From NCBI RefSeq assembly GCF_006345805.1, contig NC_043013.1, forward strand, positions 46,624,001 through 46,688,000: a stretch of 64,000 nt of DNA, written 5' to 3'. Below, one piece after another: positions 25,299 to 38,519 of this stretch; position 1 is the stretch's first letter; every line of letters begins with the position of its first letter. The notes under the pieces were generated by a model, which saw only the letters and a list, made by a program, of their open reading frames with translations, was not told the DNA's origin and searched no databases. Position numbers and translations under genes: made by a program. Source of the DNA: Octopus sinensis. Its lineage: Eukaryota.

Positions 25299-25372
25299 CA
25301 TCTATCTATCTACCTATGTATGTATGTTGTATGTATGTATGTATGTATCTATCTATCTATCTATCTATCTAT
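24820..25372. repeat. Compound (TATC)n/(TATG)n/(TACC)n microsatellite
   Basis: Directly visible; explains the 292-aa and 215-aa pseudo-ORFs. Confidence 0.95.
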
Positions 25373-25806
25373 CTGCTTATCCGTCCGTCTGCCCTCTATT
25401 TATGTCCATCTTCAAATGAAGCAATCCACCCCTACTTCCCACCCCTCCCCCCCACTATATCTTTACTGTCCATCTCCAATACACTCTGAAACAGAATTGT
25501 CTGAAGCTTTGACTCTTCACATCAAAGACACGTCACTGCTGCTGTCTGTCCATCTTTGGGGCAGCGAACCACTGTCACTGATACATCACAGGGGAAGGAA
25601 TGAATTGATTCCAGCCAAATCGTGCGAGTGCCTACCAAATAAATATACATCACATTAACACACACAGCGACACACAGCGACACACAGCGACACACACATT
25701 CACATAGAAAGATACACACATACATTTATACACAAGCATATATATTATTATATTATATTGTATGTGTGTGTGCATATATACGTGTATGTGTGTGTATAGG
25801 TATATA

Positions 25807-25838
<32 letters not shown>

Positions 25839-25998
25839 CCTATATACCTATTGTGGATGTGTGTATATATATATATATACACATATCCACAATCAATCAT
25901 ATCAATACATGTCTACATATATGCATAGATATATAAAAACACACACGCATACACATACAAGCATACGCACACACTCACACGCACAGACACAATCATAA

Positions 25999-26068
<70 letters not shown>

Positions 26069-26103
26069 TCATCTCTCTGTCTGACTCTCTCTGTATAAAT
26101 ATA

Positions 26104-26344
26104 CAGTAATCCCTCGACTATCGCGGATGTTACATTCCAAAAAAACCCTACCGCGATAAGTGAAAATCCGCGAAGTAGAAACTGTAGTGTACTGTATGGT
26201 TTTTAATTTTATTTTTATAATTTGTATATATTTATTTTAGTATAAATGCAAAACAACACCACAGAGGAATCGACTTAAGCTTAAATAATAAACCGCGATA
26301 GGTGAACAGCGATAGGTCAACCGCAATATGGCAAGGGTTTACTG
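26104..26344. mobile_element. Tigger/pogo-like MITE
   Basis: TIRs CAGTAATCCCTCGACTATCGCGG / CCGCAATATGGCAAGGGTTTACTG; TA on both sides (26102-26103, 26345-26346). Confidence 0.85.
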
Positions 26345-27051
26345 TATATGAATGTGTGTATACTTGTGTAAGAGAGAGATAGAGAGATAGATAGAGAGAG
26401 AGGGGGTAGGAGAGGGAGAGAGAGAAGGAGAGAGTGGGGAGAGAGAGTGAAATAAAAGTACATGAACCTCGGCAGAGCAAAGTTAATGTGAGCGAGATAT
26501 TTAATCTACGAGAGTGTTCAATGACACAGCAGGAAGTCGGTGCAATAACTTTATGCGTACATGAATTATACAAAAGCGAGGAGGAATGGACCTCATACAT
26601 ACGACGTAAAAAAGTTATGGCCGTGCTCCAGCATGACCGCAGTGAAATGACTGAAACAAGTAGAAAAGTAAAAGAATAAAATATTTACCATAACTTAACT
26701 TGATGTAATTGTAGGCTGTTTTGGATATTCTTCACCTCATCAGTCCGTGTTGAATTTGTTGAATTAAATGGACAAAGAAAGAGACCACTTTATAAATCGG
26801 CCATAAATCATTATTATGAGGATAATTATAATATATACCTATACATACGTACATACTACACACGCATTCACACATATACACATACACACGTGCACACTTT
26901 CGTACGCATACAGACACACACACACACACATTGTTAAAGGCATGAAATTGTTATGATTTTGAGACGATGACCGATGAAGAAAGATCATTTCTAGGTCTTG
27001 AGTGTGAATTTTCCATTTTCTCCTTTGTCATCCTTCTGTGCAACTTTTGAA

Positions 27052-27089
<38 letters not shown>

Positions 27090-27092
<3 letters not shown>

Positions 27093-27516
27093 CCCTATAC
27101 ATTTTCTTTTCTCTCTCGGTTTTGTTTTTCCTTCTTTCTCCATGTTTTTCCCCTCTCAGCCCTTTCTGTTGAAGAGCATAGGCTCGAAAGGTTAAACACT
27201 TTTTCATTCTTCCCGAACATCAGACTAATACACCTGCTTGTTGTTCACTCACCTGTACTGTAGTAATCGTCTTTTGTTTTCTGTATATTTAAACTATATA
27301 TATATATATATATATGGATATGATAGATCGTTAGCCACTACACACATTTTTTCTCTCCTTGTTTCTCTCCTTATTTTTTTCTGTGTCCCTTTCTGTAGAA
27401 GAGCGTAGGCTCGAAACGTAAAAGACTTTTTCTATTCCTGAGCGTTATACTAATACATCTGTTTGTTTTGTACACCACCTGTCTTCGTCTTTTGTTATTT
27501 TCGTAAACTCTCCCTA
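27090..27516 (+). mobile_element. Two related ~200-bp pyrimidine-rich elements, each followed by (TA)n and carrying a hammerhead-like motif
   Basis: Shared CCCTTTCTGT(T/A)GAAGAGC(A/G)TAGGCTCGAAA..ACTTTT..CTAATACA..CACCTGT..CGTCTTTTGTT at ~27160-27290 and ~27387-27500. Confidence 0.6.
27389..27424 (+). ncRNA. Candidate variant-core minimal hammerhead ribozyme
   Basis: RNA: CUUU-CUGUAGA-A-GAGC[GUAG]GCUC-GAAA-CG-UA-AAAG. Stem I CUUU/AAAG, palindromic stem III ACGU, triplet GUA; core has U at A6 and an extra A. Confidence 0.4.
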
Positions 27517-27607
<91 letters not shown>

Positions 27608-27787
27608 AAAATACCTCCGGACAGCACTTTAATTACATGTACAATTTTTAGAGTGTACAAAACATTCTCGAACCCGCTTTAGGTTCGAGAGTAGCAAAAC
27701 ACGATACAGAAAGCACCAACTCTGACACTGAGCTGAACTTCACCTTAGTTGATACACCCACTACTAATACTACTATCACCAACACCA

Positions 27788-29147
27788 TTGATTTCAAATT
27801 TTGGCACCAGGCCAGCAACTACGGCAGAAGTGGGTAAGTCGATATAATCGACTCCAGTGTTCAACTGTTACTTATTCTATCGACCCCTAAAGGATGAAAG
27901 GCAAAGTGGATCTCGGAGAAATTCGAGCTAATTACATAAAAAACGAACGAATTGCCGTTAAGCATCTTGCCCAGCGGCGAAATGTTTTTTTCCCACGAGA
28001 GTTCCGGAGCCCAGTTATGAACTCATTTGCATACAGCCAATCAGAGCTCAACTATCTAACTAATTAATGAACGCCTAACAACTGATGGGCGATAAGATAA
28101 TGTCACTTAGGTAAGGAATGACCATGCACTTTTTCTCTTTTAAGAATGTTTGTTCTTCTTGTTCTTGTTTCAACCATGGTTGCCTCTGCGTAGTTATTCG
28201 TGTTTTTGTTTATTTTCTAAAGCAGTAAGGGGAGAGGGTTGATAGCACATCACCCTCTACTCACATTTTTCCCATCCACATCTTTACCATAAGGGGCCCT
28301 AACAAAATGCGATAAGAGGTATAGATGCAAATCTAATTATCTGTCTCCTTCTAACTTGGCGTAACTTGGCATAACTTGGCGATCGGTTGACTTAAAACAC
28401 CGTTCTTCGTCTTGAGTTTACTTGGCAGTGTGTTTGTTAACTTGGTAACAAAGGTCAAGGTGAGCTCTGATTGGCTGTATGCAAATGAGTTCATTACTGG
28501 CGTCCGGAACTCTCGTGGGGAAAAAAACTTCGCTGCCCGGCGTGCTAACGATTCTTATTTCTTTACTACCCACCAGGGGCTACACACAGAGGGGACAAAC
28601 AAGGACAGACTAACGGATTAAGTCGATTATATCGACCCCAATGCGAAACTGGTACTACTATTTATCGACCCCGAAAGTATGAAATGCAAAGTCGACCTCG
28701 GCGGAATTTGAACTCAGAACATAACGGCAGACGAAATACCTATTTCTTTATTATCCACAAGGGGCTAAACACAGAGCGGACAAACAAGGACAGACATAGG
28801 TATTAAGTCGATTACATCGACCCCAGTGCGTAACTGGTACTTAATTTATCGACCCCGAAAGGATGAAAGGCAAAGTCGACCTCGGCGGAATTTGAACTCA
28901 CAACGTAACGCAGACGAAATACCGATTTCTTTACTACCCACAAGGGGCTAAACACAGAGTGGTCAAACAAGGACAGACAAACGGGTTAAGTCGATTACAT
29001 CGACCCCAGTGCGTAACTGGTACTTAATTTATCGACCCAGAAAGGATGAAAGGCAAAGTCGACCTCGGCGGAATTTGAACTCAGAACGTAACGGCAGACG
29101 AAATACCGCTAAGCATTTCGCCCGGCGCGCTAACGATTCTGCCAGAT
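27788..29147 (-). mobile_element. Chimeric Nin/Deu-like SINE multimer (three type A units + head-truncated type B unit), later hit by a MITE
   Basis: Junctions GAAATACCTATTTC (~28740) and GAAATACCGATTTC (~28921); B unit joined at GCTAACGATTCT|TATTTC (~28555). Confidence 0.8.
27977..28533. mobile_element. MULE (Mutator)-like MITE
   Basis: ~74-bp TIRs (27977-28050 and 28461-28533), G...C termini, 9-bp TSD TGCCC(A/G)GCG at 27968-27976 and 28534-28542; inserted in a SINE head. Confidence 0.8.
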
Positions 29148-29673
29148 CACCCACACTATTGCAAGTATAAATATTTCCATTAGCACTGCCACCATTATCA
29201 GTATCAACCAGCTCTAACACTGATATCACCCATCGGCGCTAATAATGGCACCACTATAACCCATAATACACCGCCAGGACTTCAAGTAGGTGCTATATGA
29301 CGTACCCCTTGTATATATGCTGTACTCTATCTTCCAGTGGTGTCTAACCTTGAAAAAACAAACGACCAAACTCTGTTTACATCTAAAGTTTTATGCCATG
29401 CGTATTGTTAGTCTAATATTCAGAAAGTGAAGACTAGAAACAAGAGCGTTGATCCATTTTAAAGAAAGAGATTTGGCTGCTATTTCTAGTAGATCACAGA
29501 TTACATACAGACTACCTCTTTGACTCGTGACGGTTTTAATCGTGCATTGCTTCATGAGAACTGAGGGTATATTCAGTCACAAATCTACCCCGATCGAGCA
29601 GACTAAGGAATCCAAACGACCATTTAATCCCTTTTTCTTTTCTTTCTTCTTTTGGTGATACGGAAGTAGTAGA

Positions 29674-29849
29674 GGTGCATGCATGGCTTCGTGGTAAGAA
29701 GCTTGGTTCCCAACCACATGGTTCCGAGTTCAGTACCACTGCGTAGCATCTTGGGCAAGTGACTTCTACTATGGCCTTGTGAGTGGATTTAGTAGACGGA
29801 AGCTGAAAGAAGCCTGTCGTATATATACGTGTATGTATGTGTGTGTGTG

Positions 29850-29920
<71 letters not shown>

Positions 29921-30128
29921 AGTGAGCCTGTGTTGGTCCTCCACCACAGCTTGAAACCGGTGTTGGTGTGTTTATGCCCCCATAACATAGCGGTTCACCA
30001 TAAGAGACCGATAGGATTGTGCCAAGCTTTAAAAATGTACTGGAGTCGAATCATTCGACTAAAAATTCATCAAGGCGGTGCTCCAGCATGGCCGCAGTCT
30101 AATGACTGAAACAAGTAAAAAACAAAAG
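29674..30128 (+). mobile_element. CORE-like SINE with internal (GT)n(GA)n
   Basis: Family head, body and tail. Confidence 0.85.
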
Positions 30129-30569
30129 ACATATTGTATGCAGAAACATATCTGCGTTGTGATTTGAGAAGTATTTAGCTGCTTTTTCTAGTAGGCAGAA
30201 TGAGTATGTAGAGGCTCACTCCCTGGCTCTTTATGTTGATATGTGAAAAATGGTTTGTGTGTTAGTGAGTGATGTCGAATAAGACCAAGCTGACCTTTCC
30301 CCGCTTTGAAGAATATTTCTCAGGGTGACTATGGCATGTTTGGTCTGTTGGAAAAAAAAAAGTTATTATGGGGGTAGGAATGCAATCTGAGATAAGAAGG
30401 GAGAGGAAGAGGCTGTAGTGTCTGAAGTGTTTTGTCATTTTTATATGAGTGCATACGGACAGATGTGACAGTAACGGGGGGGGATGAGCGAATCAGTGAG
30501 AAAGAATTACCGACCCCGAGGTAGACTGAGGTTGACAGAAAAAAAAAGTGTGGGGGTGGTGGTTGGTTT

Positions 30570-31010
30570 AGAAGGGAATCATAAACATACTGTGACACAA
30601 CGACTCCCCGCGAATAATTCCGAATAGTTGCCGAATAACTCCGAATAACTTCGAATTTATACGACCACTCACACATTTTTCCAATATTGTCCGAAGGGAT
30701 AACACATCATTAGTTGCCTGTGACTGTATCAATTTGCATCTGTTTGTCTTCCGGCAAGCCCTGGATAGACGAAAGATCACAGTATATTAACATAAAACGT
30801 ATAAACACATCAGAGAAGATGCTTTCCATCTCTTTTCCTTCCCTGCAGATGCAAAGAATTCTCCACAGAAACGAGAAGTACAATCGATAGAATTTGTGTG
30901 ATTCTGTCATGTCAGAATTACTAGTTCTTCTGGGAACTGGCACAACGCTATCTAGATGTAACTCTGGCAACTTCTGAAGCACAATCGATCAAAGCATTTG
31001 GTCAATGTCC
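30570..31010 (-). mobile_element. Highly degenerate non-LTR reverse transcriptase fragment
   Basis: Minus-strand LDSVVPVPRR (cf. IVPIPKK) and NDVLSLRTILEKC (cf. DxIFxLRxIxEK), in different frames. Confidence 0.4.
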
Positions 31011-31417
31011 AAGAGACAGGAATATCATTCTTCAGATACATGTGTGTATAAGATGAGAGAACCGTGTACATTGTAGTATAGTCACAAGTATATATATATA
31101 CATATGTATATATATGTGTGTGTTTGAGTATATATATATATATATATATATATTCACACAAGTATACACACACACACACGTATATTCACAGGACCATATT
31201 GTTATGCGACAGTATATTCCATGAATCTATTTCATGTAGGTAAACATGTATATATATGTTTAAATCTAAAATAGTAAACTGATATTTCAATGTTCACTTA
31301 CGTGTATACTGAATCTATTTTAGGGTATATATCTTTATACATACACGCATATTGATATATATGTATAAGTATGCCTATATGCATATCTATATACATACAT
31401 ACATACATACATACATA

Positions 31418-31449
<32 letters not shown>

Positions 31450-31719
31450 GTGTGTGTATGTTTGATCTGTCTCTCCATATGTATGTATATATATGTATAT
31501 ATATATATATATATATATTCTTTTACTGTTTTACTTGTTTTAGTCATTTCACAGCAGCCATGCTGGAGCACAGCACATATATGTATGTATAAATCCATAT
31601 TTATAAATATGTACAAGCATATATTAATATACAGTATATGCCATTTATTTAGGGAAACATTGTATATAAATAAAAATCTATTTTATGCGTATAAATGTGT
31701 GTGAATATATTTAAGTATG

Positions 31720-31759
<40 letters not shown>

Positions 31760-32116
31760 CATTTTGCAGTATGCATATATATATATGTACACACACATAC
31801 ACACACACTCACATACACACACACTCACACACACACACACACTATTATATTAATATGCATTTATGCGTATAAAGAATAAACACTGGCAAAACAGCAATAT
31901 ACAAATATGGCACACGTGTTTGAAACAGGTATGCATATATTCATGAATAGTAACGTGCAGCTATTAGCATATGTATGATATAGACCTTATATACACTGAC
32001 AGAAAATATACTTTAGGGTCTATGCACAAGAAATATTGTCCTATAAGAAGAACAAAAAGCATCAATATCATAGACTTATATACTGATTGTGTATCATCGA
32101 CAAAAAGCAGAATATA

Positions 32117-32682
32117 TTGGGCTGTCTGGAAAATTCGTGCCGATTTTTAAAGGAAAGAAAAAGGTCAATAAATATTTGCCATTACATTTTTAATCAACCA
32201 AATATGAACCATTTTGTTGCACAATGCGTCTCCATCTTTCCTTTAACTTGAAAATACCCTCTTCCCAGAATTGAGGTGGTTTCATGGCAAAGAATTCATC
32301 TAGGTATCTTTTTACATGATCCAAGGAATTGAAATTTTTACCATCAAGACTATTCTGCAGAGACCTGAATAAGTGGAAATCTGAAGGAGCAATATCTGGT
32401 GAATATGGAGGATGGGGTAACACATCCCAGCCGAGCTGTAGCAATTTTTGCATGGTTCCCAAAGCATCAAGTGCCGAAAATGGACTTCCTTATCTTCCAT
32501 TTTAAAGAGTTACAAAATTAACACAGGTTATAGGAGCACAAACCTTCTTCCACGAAAAGATAGCTTAAACTGTGCTCTAAATGGAGGTGTAGTCAAATCC
32601 TATTTTATGGACTCGACCATGTTCTAAAATATGTCGAAAGGTAAGCTACTATAAATCGGCATGAACTTTCCGGACAACCCAA
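32117..32682 (-). mobile_element. Internally deleted non-autonomous mariner (566 bp)
   Basis: ~30-bp TIRs (TTGGGCTGTCTGGAAAATTCGTGCCGATTT vs TTGGGTTGTCCGGAAAGTTCATGCCGATTT), TA on both sides; N-terminal MEDKEVHFRHLML joined to C-terminal HPPYSPDIAPSDFHLFRSLQN...ERWRRIVQQNGSY. Confidence 0.9.
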
Positions 32683-32844
32683 TAATTGGGAATACAAGCA
32701 TAGTCAAGGATATCGAACCAATGTTTGATTGGTATATGTATCCTCGACATTTCTCTTCGCTTATCACGAATGTTTGATTACAAAAATAAAAAAGAATTTA
32801 AATCGTATTAAATGAATCAGGGTCAAATAAGTAATAAAACAGCA

Positions 32845-33140
32845 CAGGCTTACTAGCCACATGGTTCCGGGTTCAGTCCCACACACACACACACACAGAC
32901 AGACAGACAAACGCACATACACACAGATACACACACGCACACACACATATATGTGTGTGTATGTGTATTTGTCCCCCATCAGCGGTGGGTTTACGTCCTT
33001 GTAACCTAGCGGTTCGGTAAAGCAGACCAATAGAATAAATACTAGGCTTTAAAAAATAAGTCCTGGTGTCGATTTGTTTAACTGAAATCCGCGAAGGTGG
33101 TGCCCCAGCACGGCCGCAGTCAAATGACTGAGACAAGTAA
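32845..33140 (+). mobile_element. CORE-like SINE, deleted copy
   Basis: Partial head CCACATGGTTCCGGGTTCAGTCCC fused directly to (CA)n, then the family tail. Confidence 0.75.
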
Positions 33141-33737
33141 TATATAAAGGATTTAAGAGATGAGAACAATAGGACTCCTTCCGAGTCCTCACGTTCTCCC
33201 CAGCATTGTGCATCGTAGCTTGGGTGCGCTTTTGCGATGCAAGCAGAATGTTTTGAGTGATCGCCGCCCCGTGTCAATTCGTCATGAGCGTACCACGTTA
33301 TTGTGAATCACGACCCTCACTCTAACGATGAAGAAAAAAAAACAAAAACAAAAACAAAAGGCGAATAAAGCTGATCACGACAAATATTTCGTCACATTCA
33401 GCGTGACGTGTGGAAGTGTCGCAGTATCGTAGCACCAAAAATGCCGTGGAACGTGAAATGTCCCAAAAAGCATTAATGCCAATAAAATATAGAATATCAC
33501 GTGACGTTTTCTTCACCCACTTCCCCGTTTATATGCTCATATGAGTGATTCCTAATATGAACCATAAGCCCCACTGGTAGGGGCCTGGGAAATTATGGTG
33601 GGGCTCAGTGCTATAGTCACCAGGCACAAGGTTCCCAGTAAAGTGATTCCTTTTTCTCCTAGTCAATATTGTACTCTTTTTATTGTACTCAGTATCTAAT
33701 AATAACACGTTACCGGTAGATCCTTTACTTGCTTCTT

Positions 33738-33945
33738 TCATTAGACTGCGGCCATGGCGGGGCACCATCGCTTGACAAGCGATGTTGGCGTTGTTTACGT
33801 CCCCGTAACTTAGCGGTTCGGAAAAAGAGGTAGATATAATATGTACTAGGCTTACAAAGAGTAAGTCCTGGGGTCGATTTGTTCGACTAAAGGCGGTGCT
33901 CCAGCATGACCACAGTCAAATGACTGAAACAAGTAAAAGAATGAA
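33738..33945 (+). mobile_element. CORE-like SINE tail with a short inverted tail copy at its 5' end
   Basis: TTCATTAGACTGCGGCCATG..GGGCACC (minus-strand tail) abuts a plus-strand 3' half ending GAAACAAGTAAAAGAAT. Confidence 0.7.
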
Positions 33946-33949
33946 CGAA

Positions 33950-34005
<56 letters not shown>

Positions 34006-34006
34006 A

Positions 34007-34281
<275 letters not shown>

Positions 34282-34299
34282 TATATATATGTAAAACGG

Positions 34300-34452
34300 T
34301 CATTTTTTAGTTTCAGTCTACTAAATCCACTCAGAAGGTTTTGTTCAGCCCAAGGCTATAGTAGAAGACACTTGCCAAATGTTCCGCGCAGTGGGACTGA
34401 ACCCGGAACCCTGTGGCTGGGAAGCAGGCTTCTTCCTACAGTCACGCCTTCG
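34300..34452 (-). mobile_element. CORE-like SINE head
   Basis: Reverse-complement of GGCGTGACTGTAGGAAG..GGTTCCGGGTTCAGTCCCACTGCG..TTTGGCAAGTGTCTTCT. Confidence 0.75.
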
Positions 34453-34478
34453 CCTACACATACATGCATATATACACG

Positions 34479-34526
<48 letters not shown>

Positions 34527-34865
34527 CACAAACACGCACAAACACCATTTTTTAAATATTATCAACGCTATAAAGGATCCACCATCTCATTGTCAGATGA
34601 AAGCAACTTATCAAAAGGGAACCCATATCATTTCCTAGCCAAAGGAAGTCAAATGTTGCATGATATTTGGGATAAATCGTTCCATAGATTTCGATTTCTT
34701 TTCCTATCCATGACCCGACAAAGTTAGCAATTTAATCTTTTTTGTATCTTGTCACGTGATACAAAACTTCCCCAATATTCCGGAAGAACATCCTGTTTTT
34801 AAATTATACCATCATCTCTAAATCATAATAGCAGACTGTTAGACTGTCATAGACTGTCATGTATA

Positions 34866-35238
34866 TCTTAATATATAAAAAAGTTTATGCGTGTGCGTGC
34901 ATGCGTGTGTGTATGTGTGTATGTGTGCGTGTGTGTATGTGTGTGTGCGTGCATTAGTGTGTGTATATATGTGTGTGTGTGTGGGGGGTGCGTGCATGCG
35001 TATGTTCCTTTTGGATTCAAAAAGTATTTTGACGATTTTGACGTATGAGGTATCAAATGATTCTGTAATATTTCGGCTACCAAACATGTTTTTTTGCACG
35101 ACTCTTTTACTACAAAAATAAGCTCGAAAACTTGGACGGGTTGCACAATTTTGAGGTCTTTAGCTAAGGGAGGCAATCCTGCCGGAACAATCTATATGGA
35201 GCTTTACCAGGGAATGGAACATACCGTAAATTTATTAG
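34866..35238 (+). mobile_element. Possible degenerate Helitron-like non-autonomous element
   Basis: 5' TCTTAATATATAAAA resembles the Helitron start at 18681; internal (GT)n then GATTCAAAAAGTATTTTGACGATTTTGA; no clear 3' hairpin or CTAG. Confidence 0.3.
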
Positions 35239-35994
35239 TATTATTTAACAGATAATCTTTTAATGTGAAGTATGTTTGTCAGGTTTTTGTTTAGCCCAGT
35301 GTTGCGTCTGATGTAGCAGCACCATCGCATAGTATTTTTTCTTCCTGAAATACTGTAAATCTGTGTCTTTCTTTTGATGAAATACATTTGGCTACTATTT
35401 GTAGTAGCTCAAGATACCACAGACATGTATGTGTGTGTGTGTGTTTTGTTGTGGTAAAAAATTACTTTTTCTTAGAATATTGTGTACAATAACATTTAAA
35501 GAATTCTTAATGCTAACCATTCAACTTCAAATTACAATTGTCAATTGTTGGAAGTCAAGTAGACTGAGATGTACAAATAGTGTTATCGTTTAGAGTGGAA
35601 GCTCAATACGAAGTTTTGAACTCATTATCTTGTGGTTAGTAATCCATTACCTTAAATCTGAAGCCATTAAGTCTTTAAACATTATTTTACTGGGTTTAGT
35701 TTCTCGATTGTCACCATGATGGGGTATCACATTCAAAAATTGAATTGATCTTACCGACCTCAGTACGTATTTCAATACGGCATTTATTTTATAGATTTCT
35801 GCTTGATGAACTGCTAACTTTGAGACATAGTGGGACACAATACTTGATTTAACAACAAATGTAAACACACACACACATACACACATATTAGGTGCAATGA
35901 CTATGAGGTTGAGAAGTTTGATTCCTGACCACATGGTTCCACGTTCAGACCCTCTTCATGGTACCTTGGACAAGTGTTTTCTACTCTGGCCTTA

Positions 35995-36283
35995 GACCGA
36001 CCAGGCTATCAGATGTTCTTGCACATCGCTGGTCACAATGCGCTTCGCATTGTTTTAGCCTTCAAATGACGCCACCCCGCTGGCTAAGCGAGCAGACCAA
36101 CAGAAGAAAGAGTGAGGGAAAGTTGTGGCGAAAGAGTACAGCAGGGATCGCCACCATCCCCTGCCAGAACCCTGTGGAGCTGTATGTGTTTTCGCTCAAT
36201 AAACACTCACAACGCCCGGTCTGAGAATCGAAACCGCGATCCTACGACTGCGAGTCCGCTGCTCTAACCACTGGCCCATTGCA
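35995..36283 (-). mobile_element. Meta-like tRNA SINE, body M2 + tail T3
   Basis: M2 body; tail GGCTAAAACAATGCGAAGCGCATTGTGACCAGCGATGTG, not seen on other copies here. Confidence 0.75.
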
Positions 36284-36284
36284 A

Positions 36285-36346
<62 letters not shown>

Positions 36347-36651
36347 ACACGCATACACACACACACATATATATATGTAGTATGTGTCTAGGTTTATACA
36401 TATGTGTGTGCGTTTATGTGTGAGTGTGATTGTTTGGTTATAAGTGGTTGGCTATATATCTAAGTGTTTGTATATATTTCTTGTGTGCTTGGAAGCTTGA
36501 ATAAGGTTCTGAAGGGGAGTATTTACAAGTGTGAGAGTATGTGATGCACGTGGTGACTCTTGAGCGGCTTTAGTAAAAAGCTATTTTGTATAGATGGAAA
36601 CACACACATACATACACATACACATATACGTACATATGGCATGTAATGTAT

Positions 36652-36698
<47 letters not shown>

Positions 36699-36721
36699 AT
36701 ATATAATATATATATATATAT

Positions 36722-36752
<31 letters not shown>

Positions 36753-37014
36753 GCTTGGGGGAGGTGTGTAATACACGCTGCAAAAGTGTATCCATGTTTC
36801 TTCAATATTTCTCATGTAGCCAATGGCTTCTCTCTACTTCCGCTATCAGAATGAGGATTCTTATCTCTCTCACCAGTTTGAGTTGTCTCAGAAGTGGCTA
36901 TGCATGCGCATGAATACATGTGTCTGTGTGTATCGTCAGTGCGTTTCCATTAACCTCCCTTTCGATATATCTTCTGCCCTGAGTTACATAAGCTGCCACT
37001 TATTACTCTTGCTG

Positions 37015-37370
37015 TTTGTTTGTTTGTTGAGCGTTTGGGAGAAGTCCGAAACGTGGTCCTTTGCTATTCGTAAGACCCGCAGAAGAGAAAGCGGGTCAAT
37101 CCCCGACACCGAGAGCATCGACGGATGGACGAATGCGCATCCAGGCTCAGCGGTTGCGTAGGAAGTCGGGGACAAGAAACAGGAAGAAAGAGCGAGAGAA
37201 AGTTGGAACGAAAGAGTACAACAGGAGTCGCCACCACCCCCTGCTGGAGCCTCGTGGAGCTTTAGGTGTTTTCGCTCAATAAACATACACAAGGCCCAGT
37301 CTAGGAATCGAAACCGCGATCCTCCGACCGCGAGTCCGCTGCCCTAACCATTGAGCCATTGCGCCTCCAC
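37015..37370 (-). mobile_element. Meta-like tRNA SINE, body M2 + tail T4 ending in (AAAC)n
   Basis: Intact head GGAGGCGCAATGGCTCAATGG..GGTTTCGATTCC; distinct tail with GACCCGC/GCGGGTC hairpin. Confidence 0.8.
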
Positions 37371-38519
37371 TTACTCTTGCTGTTGTAAATGCGGTGAGCT
37401 TGTGATTGACTCGGTGGAAACGACCGATGGTGTTATTCATGAATTGCAATATAAAATGTAATAAAAGATAGAAAAGCGAGAGAAACGAAAATGAAATTTT
37501 GAACACAGAAACAGGAAAGATAAGAAAAGGTGGATGGAAAAAAGAGATGGAAAGAGAAGAGAGTAAAATGTATGAAGAAGAAAGAAATAAACTGAAAAAC
37601 GGACAACATAAAAGAGTTCATTGTGATGGGTTTATTAGCCGGATGAAAGTTCTTTGTCAATAAGCATGACATACATCTATGACCTGCCAATATTTCCGAG
37701 GAAGGATTTCACAACTGTCTTCCAAATTTATTTTGGTTTGAAATAGTCCAGATCTTCATTTAAGGATTTTAGGGAACCTTAATTGCAGGATGAAGGAACA
37801 AAGCATTATCTATGAGAGCTAAGAGAACAGAACTTTGAGTCCAAAACCAGTGAAAGCCTTTGCAGTGATCCGTAAATGCATTAGAAGGGGGAATTGTTTG
37901 AGCAAGGGTTTAGATCGACACGTTAACATAGTTTAGATATGCATATATTGAAGTATATTAAATGGTATTAACAGAAATAGAGCAGATGATATTGCAGAAG
38001 AAATGGAATAATGGAAGATTAATGGATCAGTACAAGGAAATTGTCTAAAATTGTCTAGATATAATAATTGTATTCAGTTAGAAACAGAATCAATAATTCT
38101 ATGATGGCAAACGAGAAAATAAAAAAATATAGGAACCAAAGTGAATAAAAAAAAACCCAGTGTGTCATATTTTAATGTATTTTTAATGATTTTCAATAGA
38201 AAAAAAACAGAAGCAGAATACATTGTGTAAAATGGACAGGAAACTTCAGTAACGGAATGGTAACAACAACTGCATTGTGAAAAAGAGATGAGGCAACGCT
38301 TATAACATACGCAGGCTCTCCCAGATTTGGCAGATCGATATATGTTTCTCGATTTCTGCAAGGAAGCATGGATAGAAATGAGTAAATTGCGGAGTACTGC
38401 ATGTCTACTGTTAGCGTTTTTGGTTCGTGGCAGGATGGAAGGAGTCTATGTAAAAAGCACAAGATATATATATATATATATATATAATATATATATATAT
38501 ATATTATATATATATATAT

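Noticed and set aside
24780-25658. Long ORFs rich in YLSI, YIYI, THTH or VCVC (here and at many other loci)
   Set aside because: Translations of stop-free microsatellites.
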